Source: Camelus dromedarius
Taxonomy: Eukaryota
Direction of reading: 5' to 3'
Assembly: GCF_036321535.1 (NCBI RefSeq)
Contig: NC_087437.1
Span: 31,126,001 to 31,190,000, forward strand
DNA length: 64,000 bases
Notes under the pieces: model-generated
The model's input: the letters and a program-made list of their open reading frames with translations, nothing else
What the model was told of the DNA's origin: nothing
The model's database searches: none
Made by a program: the position numbers and the translations under genes
Part shown: piece after piece, positions 39,811 through 51,904 of the stretch
Position numbering within the stretch: position 1 is the first letter of the stretch
Layout of the letters: the number at the start of each line of letters is the position of its first letter

Positions 39811-41215
39811 TATAAATGTTTTAATTCCTTTGATTTTTAAGAACTATTTCTTTCAGTTATTTTCTTACTGATTGCTTTAATGATTACAATATATGCTTTA
39901 ACTTTTAACAATTTACTTCAGAATAAAATTAACTTTTTATAAAAGTTAAAAGGTAGAAATTTTGCTCCAGTATAGTTTCATGTTCCATTCATTCTCCATC
40001 TTTTGTACTGTCACATACATGTACATACATATGCATATATTATATATACTATTATATACCATGTAATAGTACTATATGTATTATTTTATATATGTAAGTA
40101 TATAAATATATATACTATGTATATCTTTATATTTTATAATCCCCCAGTGTTAAAAGATATAACACTGTATAAATCAATAATTTTATTATTACACCAAAAT
40201 TCCTTTCATTTCCTGTAAATAATCTGCAGGAAATGGAAAGTACTTTGGTTTAGTATTTTTAGAACTATTCTTTCATTTTAGAGACTGGTCCAATTTGATC
40301 TCAGTGATCATTATGCTGAATCAATCCCCTGACCATCTGTCTTAAATTGTTGAGATTCCAAACTTCTTTTTTAATGAAAAGTGCTCAGTCCTTTTGAATT
40401 TAATGTCTTTCCCAGCTCCCTGGTCTCATCATGGGTCATATGACTGAAAGCCTTTGTTTACATAACTCAGTCTGGAACTCAACTTCCATTTGAATTTGAG
40501 ATGCTTGAGTCCTGGACCACATAATTCTATGACTACTAAATTCCAATATCTACCTCTGCTGACATGAAGGCTCAAACTTTTACCAAAAAGAAGGATAAAT
40601 AAAAAAATGGGGGGTACTCTGGATCAAGAATGTGGTAAAAATAATAACAAGCCAACTGTCTCTCCAGGTTTCATCATCGCCTTGCTATTTCCATCATAGC
40701 TTACATGCCTCATAGCTTCCATCCTACTTGTTTCATTGCCATCTGACTCGTGTCATTGCTGCTTCTACCTCCCAAATAGTCCATGTGCCATTATCTTACC
40801 ACCCAAAGCCAGTGAGAAGCCCTCTATGTAGTGGCCGTTCCATTCTCACCATGGGTATGGTGACTGATTATCCTTTCATGTGGATCCTTTGTGAGTGATC
40901 TCTGTGCCTGAGCCCGTCCTGTTGGCCCTGGGCAAAGAGCTCCTTTGTGGGGCCTGGGCAGCACCCCCTCCCTTACTTGACCTATGAGAATTCTTCTTGT
41001 TCCTCTCTTCTCATCCCATCAAAGAAACCACTCTCTGATGAGAGCTGCTCAAACCTACAAATGAATGGGTTTACATTTGTATACAGTCTTGGTCTGTTCT
41101 GTTGTATCTTCAGTGTTGTTCTCTTGTCAGATTGAAAAGCAAAACTAGTCTACTGCCTTCTCCTCCCCCCATCATCCCCCCACTTCCATTTAACTCATGC
41201 TTTTTCCAAGCTGAC

Positions 41216-41649
41216 TGTAGTCAGTTGAATGGTAGCCCCCTAAAATATATGTCTGCATCCTATTCCGTGAAAGCTATGAATATGACCTTATTTGGAAAAA
41301 GTATCTTAGCAAAATGTAATGAAGATTCCAAGATCTTTAATCTTGGAATGACATAACCCTGGATTACTTACCTGGACCCTAGATCCAATGACAAGTGTCC
41401 TTATAAGAGACAGAAGAGGAGAAGATGCACACATGCGGAGGAAAAGGCCATTTGAAGGTGGAGTCAGAGACTGGAGTAGTGTGGTCACAAGGCTGGAGAG
41501 GCAAGAACTGAATTGTCCCCTGCAGCCTTTGGAGGTAGCATAGACCCACTGATACCTTGACTTCAGCTGGCCTCTAGAACTGTGAGATCATTTTCATTAT
41601 TTTAAGCCACCAAGTTTGTGATATTTTTGATGACAGCCAAAGTGATACA
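41216..41649 (+). mobile_element. MaLR (MLT1-type) solo LTR
   Basis: TG..CA termini, gtgtccttataagaga and ttttaagccaccaagtttgtg motifs, 5-bp TSD ctgac/ctgat. Confidence 0.85.
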
Positions 41650-42279
41650 CTGATGTTTTCCCAAACCTGACCAGGTACCTCCCTATGGAGTTCAGTCAGC
41701 AGATTATGCTCAAGCTTTGTGCCTCTATTCCAGTCTTCCCCTATATTTGATTTGGATTACAGTTTTTTCCCTTTCCCCATCCCCTCCTCATTTCTACTCC
41801 TTTGCCAATATTTCTAACATCTACACAGAAATACCACATTATATTGCTCCCCTCTTCTCTCATTTCATTATCATGAAACAGTGTAAAAAACAAGTAGGAG
41901 GTAGGGTGAAGGGTGAATGCAGAATACTGGGGACAAACCACAGTTATTAGAGATGTCTTAGAAGTTTCAACATAAGGGTTCAATTTCCATATAGCCAATT
42001 TCCACCCAGTTCTGGTATTATTCCAGGGGTTGGTATAAACCCATTTATTCAGTCAATGGGAATTAGTAAAGCACCTCTCTGCACAGCTGTGTGATTGGAT
42101 GGATTGAGACACGTCCTTTTCTCCTAAGGAGCTCAGCTCACATTGTTTAAATTAACTATGAAACTTGTATAGGTTCCCTTTCCTTCAGTAGAAGCCAACT
42201 CCAGGGAGGGTCAGCCAGGCTTAGGTTGGTAGACTTCATTGTCACTCTTACCAAATATCCCTTTATTTTTTAAACTTTA

Positions 42280-42600
42280 TTTTAATTTTTTAAATTGAAG
42301 TATAGTTGATTTACAATGTTGTGTCAGTTCCTGGTGTACAGCAAAATGAGTCAGTTGTATATGTATATACATATTCTTTTTAATGTTCTTTTTAATTATA
42401 TGTTATTGCCAGTTACTGAATATAGTTCCCCATGGTACACAGTAGGAGTTTGGATTTTTTTATTTATTTATTTATTTTTTTTTAATCTATTGTGTATATA
42501 GTAGTTTGTATCTGCTAATCCCAAACTCCTAATTTATCCGTGCCCTGGTTCCCCTTTGGTAACCATAAATTTGTTTTCTATGTCCGTGAGTCTGTTTCTG
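42280..42600 (-). mobile_element. Older LINE-1 3' end, left part (split by a later insertion)
   Basis: attgaagtatagttgatttacaatgttgtg is an L1 3'-terminus signature. The sequence breaks off at gagtctgtttctg and resumes at 45202. Confidence 0.85.
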
Positions 42601-42830
42601 GTTGGTTATTTATTTATTTATTTTTAAATTCTTTTTTATTGACATATGGTTGATTTACAATACTATATTGGCTTCAGATGTACAGTATTGTGGTTCAATA
42701 TTGTTATATATTATGCTTCATTTAAAGTTATTGCAAAACAATGGTTCTATTTCCCTGTGCTGTACAGCATATCCTTGTTGCTTATTTATTTTATGCATAG
42801 CAGTTTGTGTCTCTTAATCCCATTACCCCA
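42601..42830 (-). mobile_element. Short LINE-1 3'-terminal fragment inside the putative transduced segment
   Basis: (TTTA)n tail followed by ttattgacatatggttgatttacaatact..ccctgtgctgtacagcatatccttg. Confidence 0.75.
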
Positions 42831-42939
42831 TCTCACTGGTATACTTCATTTGACTTCTAGGATGCCACATTTCTTAGGTTCCTCCTATTCACTGGTTGTT
42901 CATCTCAGGCCTTTGTAGGGATTCTTATCTCCTCCTCTC

Positions 42940-45199
42940 TTTTTTTTTTAATATTTTTTTATCGAGTTATAGTCATTTTACAATGTTGTGTCAAATTCCA
43001 GTGTAGAGAATAATTTTTCAGTTATGTATGTATGACATGAGCATACATATATTCATTGTCACATTTTTTTTCGCTGTGAGCTACCACAAGATCTTATATA
43101 CGTTTCCCTGTGCTATACGGTATAATCTTGTTTATCTATTCTATAATTTTGAAATCCCAGTCTCTCCTTTCCCACTCCCAACCCTCTTGGCAACCACAAG
43201 TTTGTATTCTGTGTCTATGAGTCTGTTTCTGTTTTGTATTTTTTTTTTTTTTTTAGAGTCTACATATGAGCAATCTCATATGGTATTTTTCTTTCTCTTT
43301 CTGGCTTACTTCACTTAGAATGACATTCTCTAGGAACATCCATGTTGCTGCAAATGGCGTTATGTTGTCGGTTTTTATGGCTGAATAGTATTCCATTATA
43401 TAAATATACCACATCTTCTTTATCCAGTCACCTGCTGATGGACATTTAGGCTGTTTCCTGTCTTGGCTATTATAAATAGTGCTTCTATGAACATTGGGGT
43501 GCAGGTGTCATTTTGAAGTAGGGTTCCTTCTGGATATATGCCCAGGAACAGGATTCCTGGGTCATATGGTAAGTCTATTCCTAGTCTTTTGAGGAATCTC
43601 CATACTGTTTTCCACAGTGGCTGTACCAAACTGCATTCCCACCAGCAGTGTAGAAGGGTTCCTTTTTCTCCACAGCATCTCCAGCATTTGTCATTGTGGA
43701 CTTTTGACTGATGGCCATTCTGACTGGTGTGAGGTGATACCTTATCGTAGTTTTGATTTGCATTTCTCTGATAATTAGTGATATTGAGCATTTTTTCATG
43801 TACCTATTGATCATTTGTATGTCTTCCTTGGAGAATTACTTGTTTAGGTCTTTTACCCATTTTTGGATTGGGTTATTTGTTTTTTCTTATTAAGTCGTAT
43901 GAGCTGCTTATATGTTCTGGAGATCAAGTCTTTGTCAGTTTCATTTGCAAAAATTTTCTCCCACTCTGTAGGTTGTCTTTTGTTTTACTTATGGTTTCCT
44001 TTGCTGTGCAGAAGCTTGTAAGTTTCATTAGGTCCCATTTGTTTATTCTTGCTTTTATTTCTATTGCTTGGGTAGACTGCCCTAGGAGAACATTTTTGAG
44101 ATGTATGTCAGATAATGTTTTGCCTATATTTTCTTCTAGGAGATTTATTATATCTTGTTTTATGTTTAAGTCTTTGATCCATTTTGTGTTTATTTTTGTG
44201 TGTGGTGTAAGGGAGTGTTCTAGCTTCATTGCTTTACATGCTGCTGTCCAGTTTTCCCAACACCATTTGCTGAAGAGACTTTCTTTATTCTGTTGTATAT
44301 TCTTGCCTCCTTTGTCGAAGATTAGTTGACCAAAAGTTTGTGGGTTCATTTCTGGGCTCTCTATTCTGTTCCATTGGTCTATATGTCTGTTTTTGTACCA
44401 ATGCCATGCTGTCTTGATGACTGTAGCTCTGTAGTATTGTCTGAAGTCTGGGAGAGTTATTCCTCCAGCCTCTTTCTTTCTCTTCAGTAATGCTTTGACA
44501 GTTCTAGGTCTTTTGTGGTTCCATATAAATTGTATTATGATTTGTTCTAGTTCTGTGAAATATGTCCTGGGTAATTTGATAGGGATTGCATTAAATCTGT
44601 AGATTGCCTTGGGCAGTATGACCATTTTAACAATATTGATTCTTCCAATCCAGGAGCATGGGATATCTTTTTATTTTTTTAAGTCTTCTTTAATTTCTTT
44701 CATCAATGGTTTATAGTTGTCCATGTATAAGTTTTTCACCTCCTTTGTTAGATTTATTCCTATGTATTTTATTACTTTGGGTGCTATTTTAAAGGGGATT
44801 GTTTCTTTATTTTCTTTTTCTGTTGATTCATCATTAGTGTAAAGAAATGCAACTGATTTTTGAACGTTAATCTTGTAACCTGCTACCTTGCTGAATTCTT
44901 TGATCAGCTGTAGTAGTTTTTGTGTGGACCTTTTGGGGTTTTTTATATATAGTATCATGTCATCTGCATATAGTGACACTTTTACATCTTCTTTTCCAAT
45001 TTGGATCCCTTTTATTTCTCTCTCTTACCTGATTGCTGTGGCTAGGACTTCCAAGACTATGTAGAATATGAGTGGTGATGGTGGGCATCCTTGTCTTGTC
45101 CCAGATTTTAGTGGGAAGTATTGAGTTTTTCACCGTTGAGTACTATGCTGGCTGTAGGTTTGTCATATATTGCTTTTATTATGTTGAGATATGTTCCCT
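42940..45199 (-). mobile_element. 5'-truncated young LINE-1 of about 2.26 kb with frameshifted ORF2 (RT to C-terminus)
   Basis: ORFs 44671-44979 ([10 protein letters not shown]), 43924-44625 ([26 protein letters not shown]) and 43420-43814. The 3' UTR is nearly the same as that of the copy at 1170-2079. Confidence 0.96.
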
Positions 45200-45201
45200 G
45201 A

Positions 45202-45474
45202 GAGTCTGTTTCTGTTTTGTAAATAAATTCATTTTTGTCATTTTTTTAAAAAGATTCCACATATAAGTGATATCATGATATTTGTTTTTCTCTATCTGAC
45301 TTACTTCACTTAGTATGATAATCTCTAGGTCCATCCATGTTGTTGTAAATGGCATTATTTCATTCTTTTTTTTATGCCTGAGTAGTATTCTATTGTATAA
45401 ATGTACCACAACACTTATATCCAGTCATCTGTTGATGGACATTTAGGACGCTTCCATGTCTTGGCTGTTGTAAA
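45202..45474 (-). mobile_element. Older LINE-1 3' end, right part
   Basis: gattccacatataagtgatatcat..ttacttcacttagtatgataatctctaggtccatcc continues the 42280-42600 element. ORF 45179-45409 contains IMPFTTTWMDLEIIILSEVSQ (ORF2 end). Confidence 0.85.
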
Positions 45475-48382
45475 CTTTTTAAAGTCCCTTTAATATCCCA
45501 TGGTTAATTATTGCTGCCTTAGTATATCAGAACACTCCTTGCTTGCCTCCCCAGCAGGAATCCATATCAGATCTATAGAGAAACAAACAGTAATTTAATT
45601 TGCTAGGTTTTCCTCCACATCAGTCAGCAAAGCTTAATGGTCACATTCTGGATAATGCTCCTGGATACTCATTTGTTAAAAATTAAGCTGGGTCAGCTTA
45701 GGAACGTTTATCCCACAGTACTGGGTGTGTGAAAGAAAAAAAAAGTCTTTCCTCCACGATAAAGATACCTACAGGCTCCTCATGTTTCAAGAATCATTTC
45801 TTTTTTCTGGGTACCACTTTTTTTGTTCCATAATACAAAAGTAGTATGTACTCATAGCAGAAAATCATATACTATCAAAATAAAGAAAATAAAAGTTACC
45901 TGTAGTAGCACCACCCACAGGAAACTACTGATAATATTTGGGTATATCAGGTATATCCATTATACCAAATATATTTGGTGTATCTTTTTGTTGCTCTGTA
46001 GAGATGATTTTTGCTTCTGTCAAAATAGGCTCACACTGTACGTATGATTTGGTGCACCGTTTTTCAGCTCACAGTGCATTGTGAACATTTCCCCATCTAT
46101 TAGCACTGGCAGTAGGAAGTACAGCCCTCCATCAGCAGGTTTTACCTTATGGCTGGCTGAGTCCAGTCATCTCCTCCCGATCTTCCTGTACTGAGTGAGC
46201 TTCTTAAACCTCCAGGTGGACGCTTCCAGATGGAGCATCCAAAAATACTGCTTACCCTCCTCACCCTGGACCAGAATCCTTGATGATCTTTCTACCTTCA
46301 GCCTCTCCCAACTGCTCTGAAGAGGGAGTTTTCACCCAGACTTTTATTCCAGGCTATTCTCCACAGACTCCAGTTGACTTATGTACATGTGTTTTGCCTC
46401 ATTTCTTACATAACTCCCATCTTCAATCAAAGCTCCATCCAAAGTGGTTTACTCATTATTCCCCAATAGGCCCCTCAGCCTCCCCTTCTTTGCTAAGGCT
46501 GCTTCCTCTGCTGAAGTAGTGTCTCTCCCCTCTGCCCTTTCCTTGCCTGGGTTCTTCTCTGTACTTAAGGCCCAGATGTTTTCTGACACCACCATAGTTT
46601 CTCTTAACTGCCAAAACCCACAGTGATCGCTCCGTCTTCCTCTACAGTATCAGCTGTACCACTTGTTCTCACTTATTCTGATATATTCAGTAGCCAGTAG
46701 TCATCACTGAATGTCTGCACACTCCCCATCCAGGCAGGGAGCCCTGAGGAGGGGCTGAGTCCTCCATTTCTTTGCCTCATAGAACTTATAAACTGAACCA
46801 TGAAAAATACCTGTTGATGGGATGATCAATGCATAGCAATGGCACATAATTGATTTTAGGATAGATAATGTCCAAAAATGAAAAGACAAATGAACAAATG
46901 CCAAATGATTGGCATGAGGTAGCTGATACGTACCTTGAATAGGATTCATATATATAGAACAACAGCACTGATAACGACCACCACAGAACTACGTGTAGAA
47001 AAGAAAAAATCCCAAACCAAGAAGACATTGACAAAAATGTTAAAAATTGGATGTCTGGATAAATGCATGACATTTTTCCCTTCATGCCTCCATGAATCCC
47101 TGTCTCCTCTTCACTGAATTTGTGATAAGTTTATAATAGATAATAACTTAAAATTTTTATTTTATTTTACTTACAAGAGTAATGTGTATAAATTATAAAA
47201 ACGTCATACAATACAGCCCTTGATAGAACCTAAGGTGAGAACTTGATATTTACATCCTCCAAAATGAGTTTCATTTTAAGTGTAACAAAAGCTTGAAGCA
47301 TCTCCTACATGAACTTCCTGTGATCTGCCACAGGGAAAGACTTAAATGAGAAGGAATCCCACAGGATCTTAGATTGGCTTTTTTTACAACACCTCCCCTT
47401 TGAAAATGAACAGACCAAAGACGTGAGAGAATACATCTTTCATACAAATGTATTAGATATTGTGCTGTAGAGTGACGTGTGTAATAATGGCTTTTCTCAC
47501 CCGAAGAAGACCAACAAATTTGAACTGAAACAAGTACATCTTTACTTGTTAACATATTTTTTGAAAGACCTTCAGGTTGCTTATTTTTCTCAGCCATACT
47601 GGGCAAGAGTGACTTTATGTAGAATGATCTTTCAGAGTCTGGTTTACATCCCAGTTTTGCAAGGGTGAGGATGAATGCTTATGTAACTAACTCCACCTAT
47701 AGAATACATAGTTGAGAGCACAATTAGTTTAGATTCTTAACAGAGGCTAAATTTTTTTTCTTCCTTTCTTCTGGAATGAGATAATGAATGTAGAAGCCTT
47801 TGGCACAATGCCTGGCACACAGTGGGTGGTCAAAAAAGCTTACCTCCCTCCCTCCCTGTGTCCCTCCCTCCCTTCTACAGTATTTTAGATTTAAATTGCC
47901 ATGAAGTAAGAGTTTATAATATCCTATCTTAGAAGTCATCAATTCTTTGAAGCACATAGTTGTTTTTTGTTGGTTGTTTATTTTTTCTGAAATAGTGACT
48001 TGATCTCTAATCACTGCTGGCTACATGACCATCATGATGAGGTTGTCAGTGCCTGTAGCGTGCGTCACATGTTTCAGAGTAGGTGTCAACAACTTAGGAA
48101 AGACTTCCAGAGATTAGAGTTGAGCATGTTTTTTGATCTTTGTTTGTTTGTTTGTTTTTAAACCCTGCATTACCAACACAAAAGATGACCGAGTGGAAAG
48201 ATGTGGACATGGATGATTCTGAGTAAAACATCCAGAAGCATCAGATTGGGGAGTACTGTAACCAATTTATTCCCCTTACATTTTCCATTGTATGTAGGTA
48301 CAAGAGTGAAATTCTGGGTGGAAAATCTACCTAAGGTGAAAAAGACCCTTTCAATAAATCTAAAATTAAAAATTTGAAGGAT

Positions 48383-48786
48383 GGCATTCTCCAGGAACAT
48401 CCATGTTGCTGCATGTCATTCTAAGTGAAGTAAGCCAGAAAGAGAAAGAAAAATACCATATGAGATCACTCATATGTGGAACCAAAACAAAAGCATAAAT
48501 ACAAAACAGAAACAGACTCATAGACACAGAATACAAACTTGTGGTTGCCAAGGGAGCGGGGGGTGGGAAGGGACAGACTGGGATTTCAAAATGTAGAATA
48601 GATAAACAAGATTATAATGTATAGCACAGGGAAATATATACAAGATCTTATAGTAGCTCACAGAGAAAAAAATGTGGCAATGAATATATATATGTTCATG
48701 TATAACTGAAAAATTATGCTCTTCATTGAAATTTGACACAATATTATAAAATGATTATAACTCAATGAAAAATGTTAAAAAAAAAG
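48383..48786 (+). mobile_element. Young LINE-1 3' end with short 5' inversion
   Basis: Sense 3' UTR from 48413 to the poly-A, antisense piece at about 48381-48412, and TSD core tttgaaggat at 48373-48382 and 48787-48796. Confidence 0.92.
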
Positions 48787-50194
48787 TTTGAAGGATAAAA
48801 AAAGCATTGTGTCATAATTAGTTGGCCACAGTTTTTATTTTAGTGGTGTACAAAATGTGTCTTAATGGTGTCTTAAATTAGATGAAATATAATAATTCTA
48901 ATTATCTTTGAAAATAAATTCTCTGTGACTTAAGCTCTTTATGGAAACTCTTTTATCCAAAGACATGGCAAATATTTCTGACCAGCTTGTAATATTATAA
49001 CGCAATGGTAGAAATTACACTAGTGGCTAATAATTTAGGAAGAACTCATGACATTTGTTAAAAAAAATAAATAAATAGACCTCATGTCCCTGTTTCCTCA
49101 CAGATCTATATCCAGATTCCAGACAAGCTTATGAGAAATTGCTTACCATGAAGAGGCCTGAACAAAATAATCTGAATTGTGAATTTCTTATCTTTCACAT
49201 CTGCTCCCTGTAGCACTGTGGCGCTGGCCTTGAGTGTATAAAGTGATGGGTAAATACTGGAGGTCTTGCTGATACATCTGATGTGTCAGAAGTTTCAAAT
49301 TAAGGAAGTATTTATCAGTGGCTGTGGGTATAGTTCAAGTGTTGACTGAAAAGCTTAACTATCCTTTAATTATATTTGGTTTTGGACTTGTGGCTGGTGG
49401 TATGAGAAAATTTATATTGAGCTTGTCCTCTGGGTTCCTGGTAGGGGGTTCTCTGTTGAAACTTTTCTTCCAGGGAAGGAGAAGGGTAGACATCTGGAAG
49501 TTTCTTCTATTCAGCAGAGCCTTGAGTGTTTTCAGTTTGGCCTCTCCGTTTTACTTTCTCTGTTATTCCAAAACCTGTACCTATGCAAATGTGGGCCCAT
49601 GCTCGTGTTCATGGCTGGTTCAATTGTCAGAATGTAATAAATTGTTCTCCAAACCCAAATGTACGTAGCAAACTCTTGTCCTAACAATTTTTCTTTTAAT
49701 CACAAATGATAGATACAAAGTGGTTTGCCATCTGTACATTTGCATGTTTAAAATTCTTCAGATATTAGCAGATTCTTTTCTGTTTTGAATGAATCCAGTT
49801 TTGCCTGGCTGACTAATTGAATGTTTCCTGGCTCCTACTGGCTGTGATTTCCAGTGGAGTATAAACTACAAGTTCTAAGCAGACTCAGCACAAAGCATTT
49901 GAGTCTGACTTTATTTGTAAGAAATCGAATCAATCAGAAATTTGCCGTGTTAATTGGGAAAAATTTTTTTTCTTGAGCAATAGTAATTAAGTATTATGAA
50001 GTATTTGAAAAGGTTGATAAGAAGGTATACTCAAAAAACTACCAAGCACAGCTGATTTAATTGTTCTGAAATGTTTAGACTTTCAATATGGAATTTCTTT
50101 CCCTCACTCCTTATAAGACCAGGATTTCCTTCAAATTATATACATAAGATGGCACGATTTATGGCCCTTCTCACAGGAAGTGGTCTCAGTGAGG

Positions 50195-50440
50195 GGCAGT
50201 ACTCACAGGGGTTCAGAACCAAGTCTCTGGAGGCAGGCTACCCGAGGGAAATCCTAGGTCTCATTTTCCTGCCTGTGTCACCTTGGGCAAGTTACTTAAC
50301 TTCTCTGTGTCTCATGTTTGGTCACCTGTAGAATAGAGTTGATAACAGAGCACCTCCCCTTGGGATTATGTGAGAATTAAGTGAGTTACTATATGTAAAG
50401 TGTTTTTAAGGGTTCCTGGGATATAAGATGTGCTGCGTGT
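50195..50440 (+). mobile_element. MIR SINE
   Basis: ccttgggcaagttacttaacttctctgtgtctca..gtgagaattaagtgag..atgtaaagtgttt. Confidence 0.75.
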
Positions 50441-51519
50441 CACTGATGTTAGTAATTGCTGAGGTCTCTGGGTGAGCTTGTTTGGGAGGAGATTCATGAC
50501 TTCCCGACAGCCCTGCCTTTAATCAGTCGAGATGGATACTTAGCAGTTACCAAGTGCCTACCGTGGGCCAAGCACCATTTCATGCCATTCCCGCAGTCAT
50601 CCGGAGAGGCGTGTTTTGGCAGCCTGCTTTTCTTTGAGGATAGGGGCACAGGATGGTTCAGCATCCCATGCAGTGGCACACGGCAAGGAGGACCCAGAGC
50701 AGAGCTGGGATTCACACCCGGCTCCAACTGACCCCACAGTCTTGAGTGCTCCCACATTACCACGAAGACTATGACAAGCATGAGAAGGTAGGATGCAAGT
50801 TAAGCACCTGTGGTCTCTTCCTAACCAGCTCTGTCATCATGACCCAATGACCCTTTGATAAATGCTATGGAATTCCAAATACCCAGTAATGAATAGAGAT
50901 CAGCTGAAATCCAGGAGCAAATGCAGAATAAGTGATAATTTAACTCTGTGTAATCTTGTAACCTCCACATCTTTCTGAAAAAGCACCTCCTGGAACCTTA
51001 CAGGACAAGAGAGGATCCTGGAAATAAATACGTCCCCCTCTCATACTTCAGGTGAAAGGGCAGGGGCGTAGAGAGCGATAGTGACACCCGAGGGCACAGG
51101 CAAAGTGACCAAGCTGGGTTTGAGGCCCGGGCCTAGGCCTGCGGGTGCCGGCCTCTCTCCATCACCTCACGACACTTAATCCTGGATGCCCAGGATAAAG
51201 AAGCTCTTAAAAGGGAAAGCTGGTAGAATAAGAAGGTCATTAAGAACAGGTTTTAGAAGTGCCTTGAAAACCACCATCTCTTGTATCAAGAGTCGCCATG
51301 GAGAGGCTTCATGACCTTGTGGAGAGGAATAAATGGTTGTATTTGGAACTCTTCTTTGGAGTTGTAATATGTGCTTAGGATGTGTAGCATGGCCTGGTAA
51401 TGATATCTATCATGGTCTAATAATACTTTTAGGAGGATTTTTTAGAGAATTTCAGTAGTTTCTCTTGACCAGTAATTTAATCCTTATGAATTAAAATAAT
51501 AACCATCAATGTTTATAGC

Positions 51520-51904
51520 TGTATTAGTTTGTTAGGGCTGTCATAACAAAACACCACAGATTGGGTGGCTGAAACAAGAGAAATTTATTTTTTTCACATT
51601 TCTGGAGGTTAGAAGTTCAAGATCAAGGCGTCAGTCGGGTTGATTTCTTCTGAGGCCTCTCTGCTTGGATTGCTCCTGGGGTGGCTTCTTTCTCTCAGTG
51701 TCTTCATAGGATCTTCCTTCTGCGTGTGTCTTTAACCTCCTTATCTTATAAGAATACCAGTCATATGGGATTAGGGCCCACCTCGTTTTACCTCCATTAC
51801 CTCTGTAAAGACCCTATCTTCAATAAAGTCACATTCTGAGGTACTGGGGGTTTGGACTTTAAAATATGAATTTGAGGGGGGGGGACCCAATTCAGCCCAT
51901 AGCA
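51520..51904 (-). mobile_element. MaLR (MLT1-type) solo LTR
   Basis: tgtattagtttgttagggctgtcataacaaaacaccacagattgggtggc..ttcagcccatagca. Confidence 0.85.

Noticed and set aside
43420..44979. Functional reverse transcriptase gene
   Set aside because: 5'-truncated L1 ORF2 broken by frameshifts and stops, with no ORF1, endonuclease or promoter.
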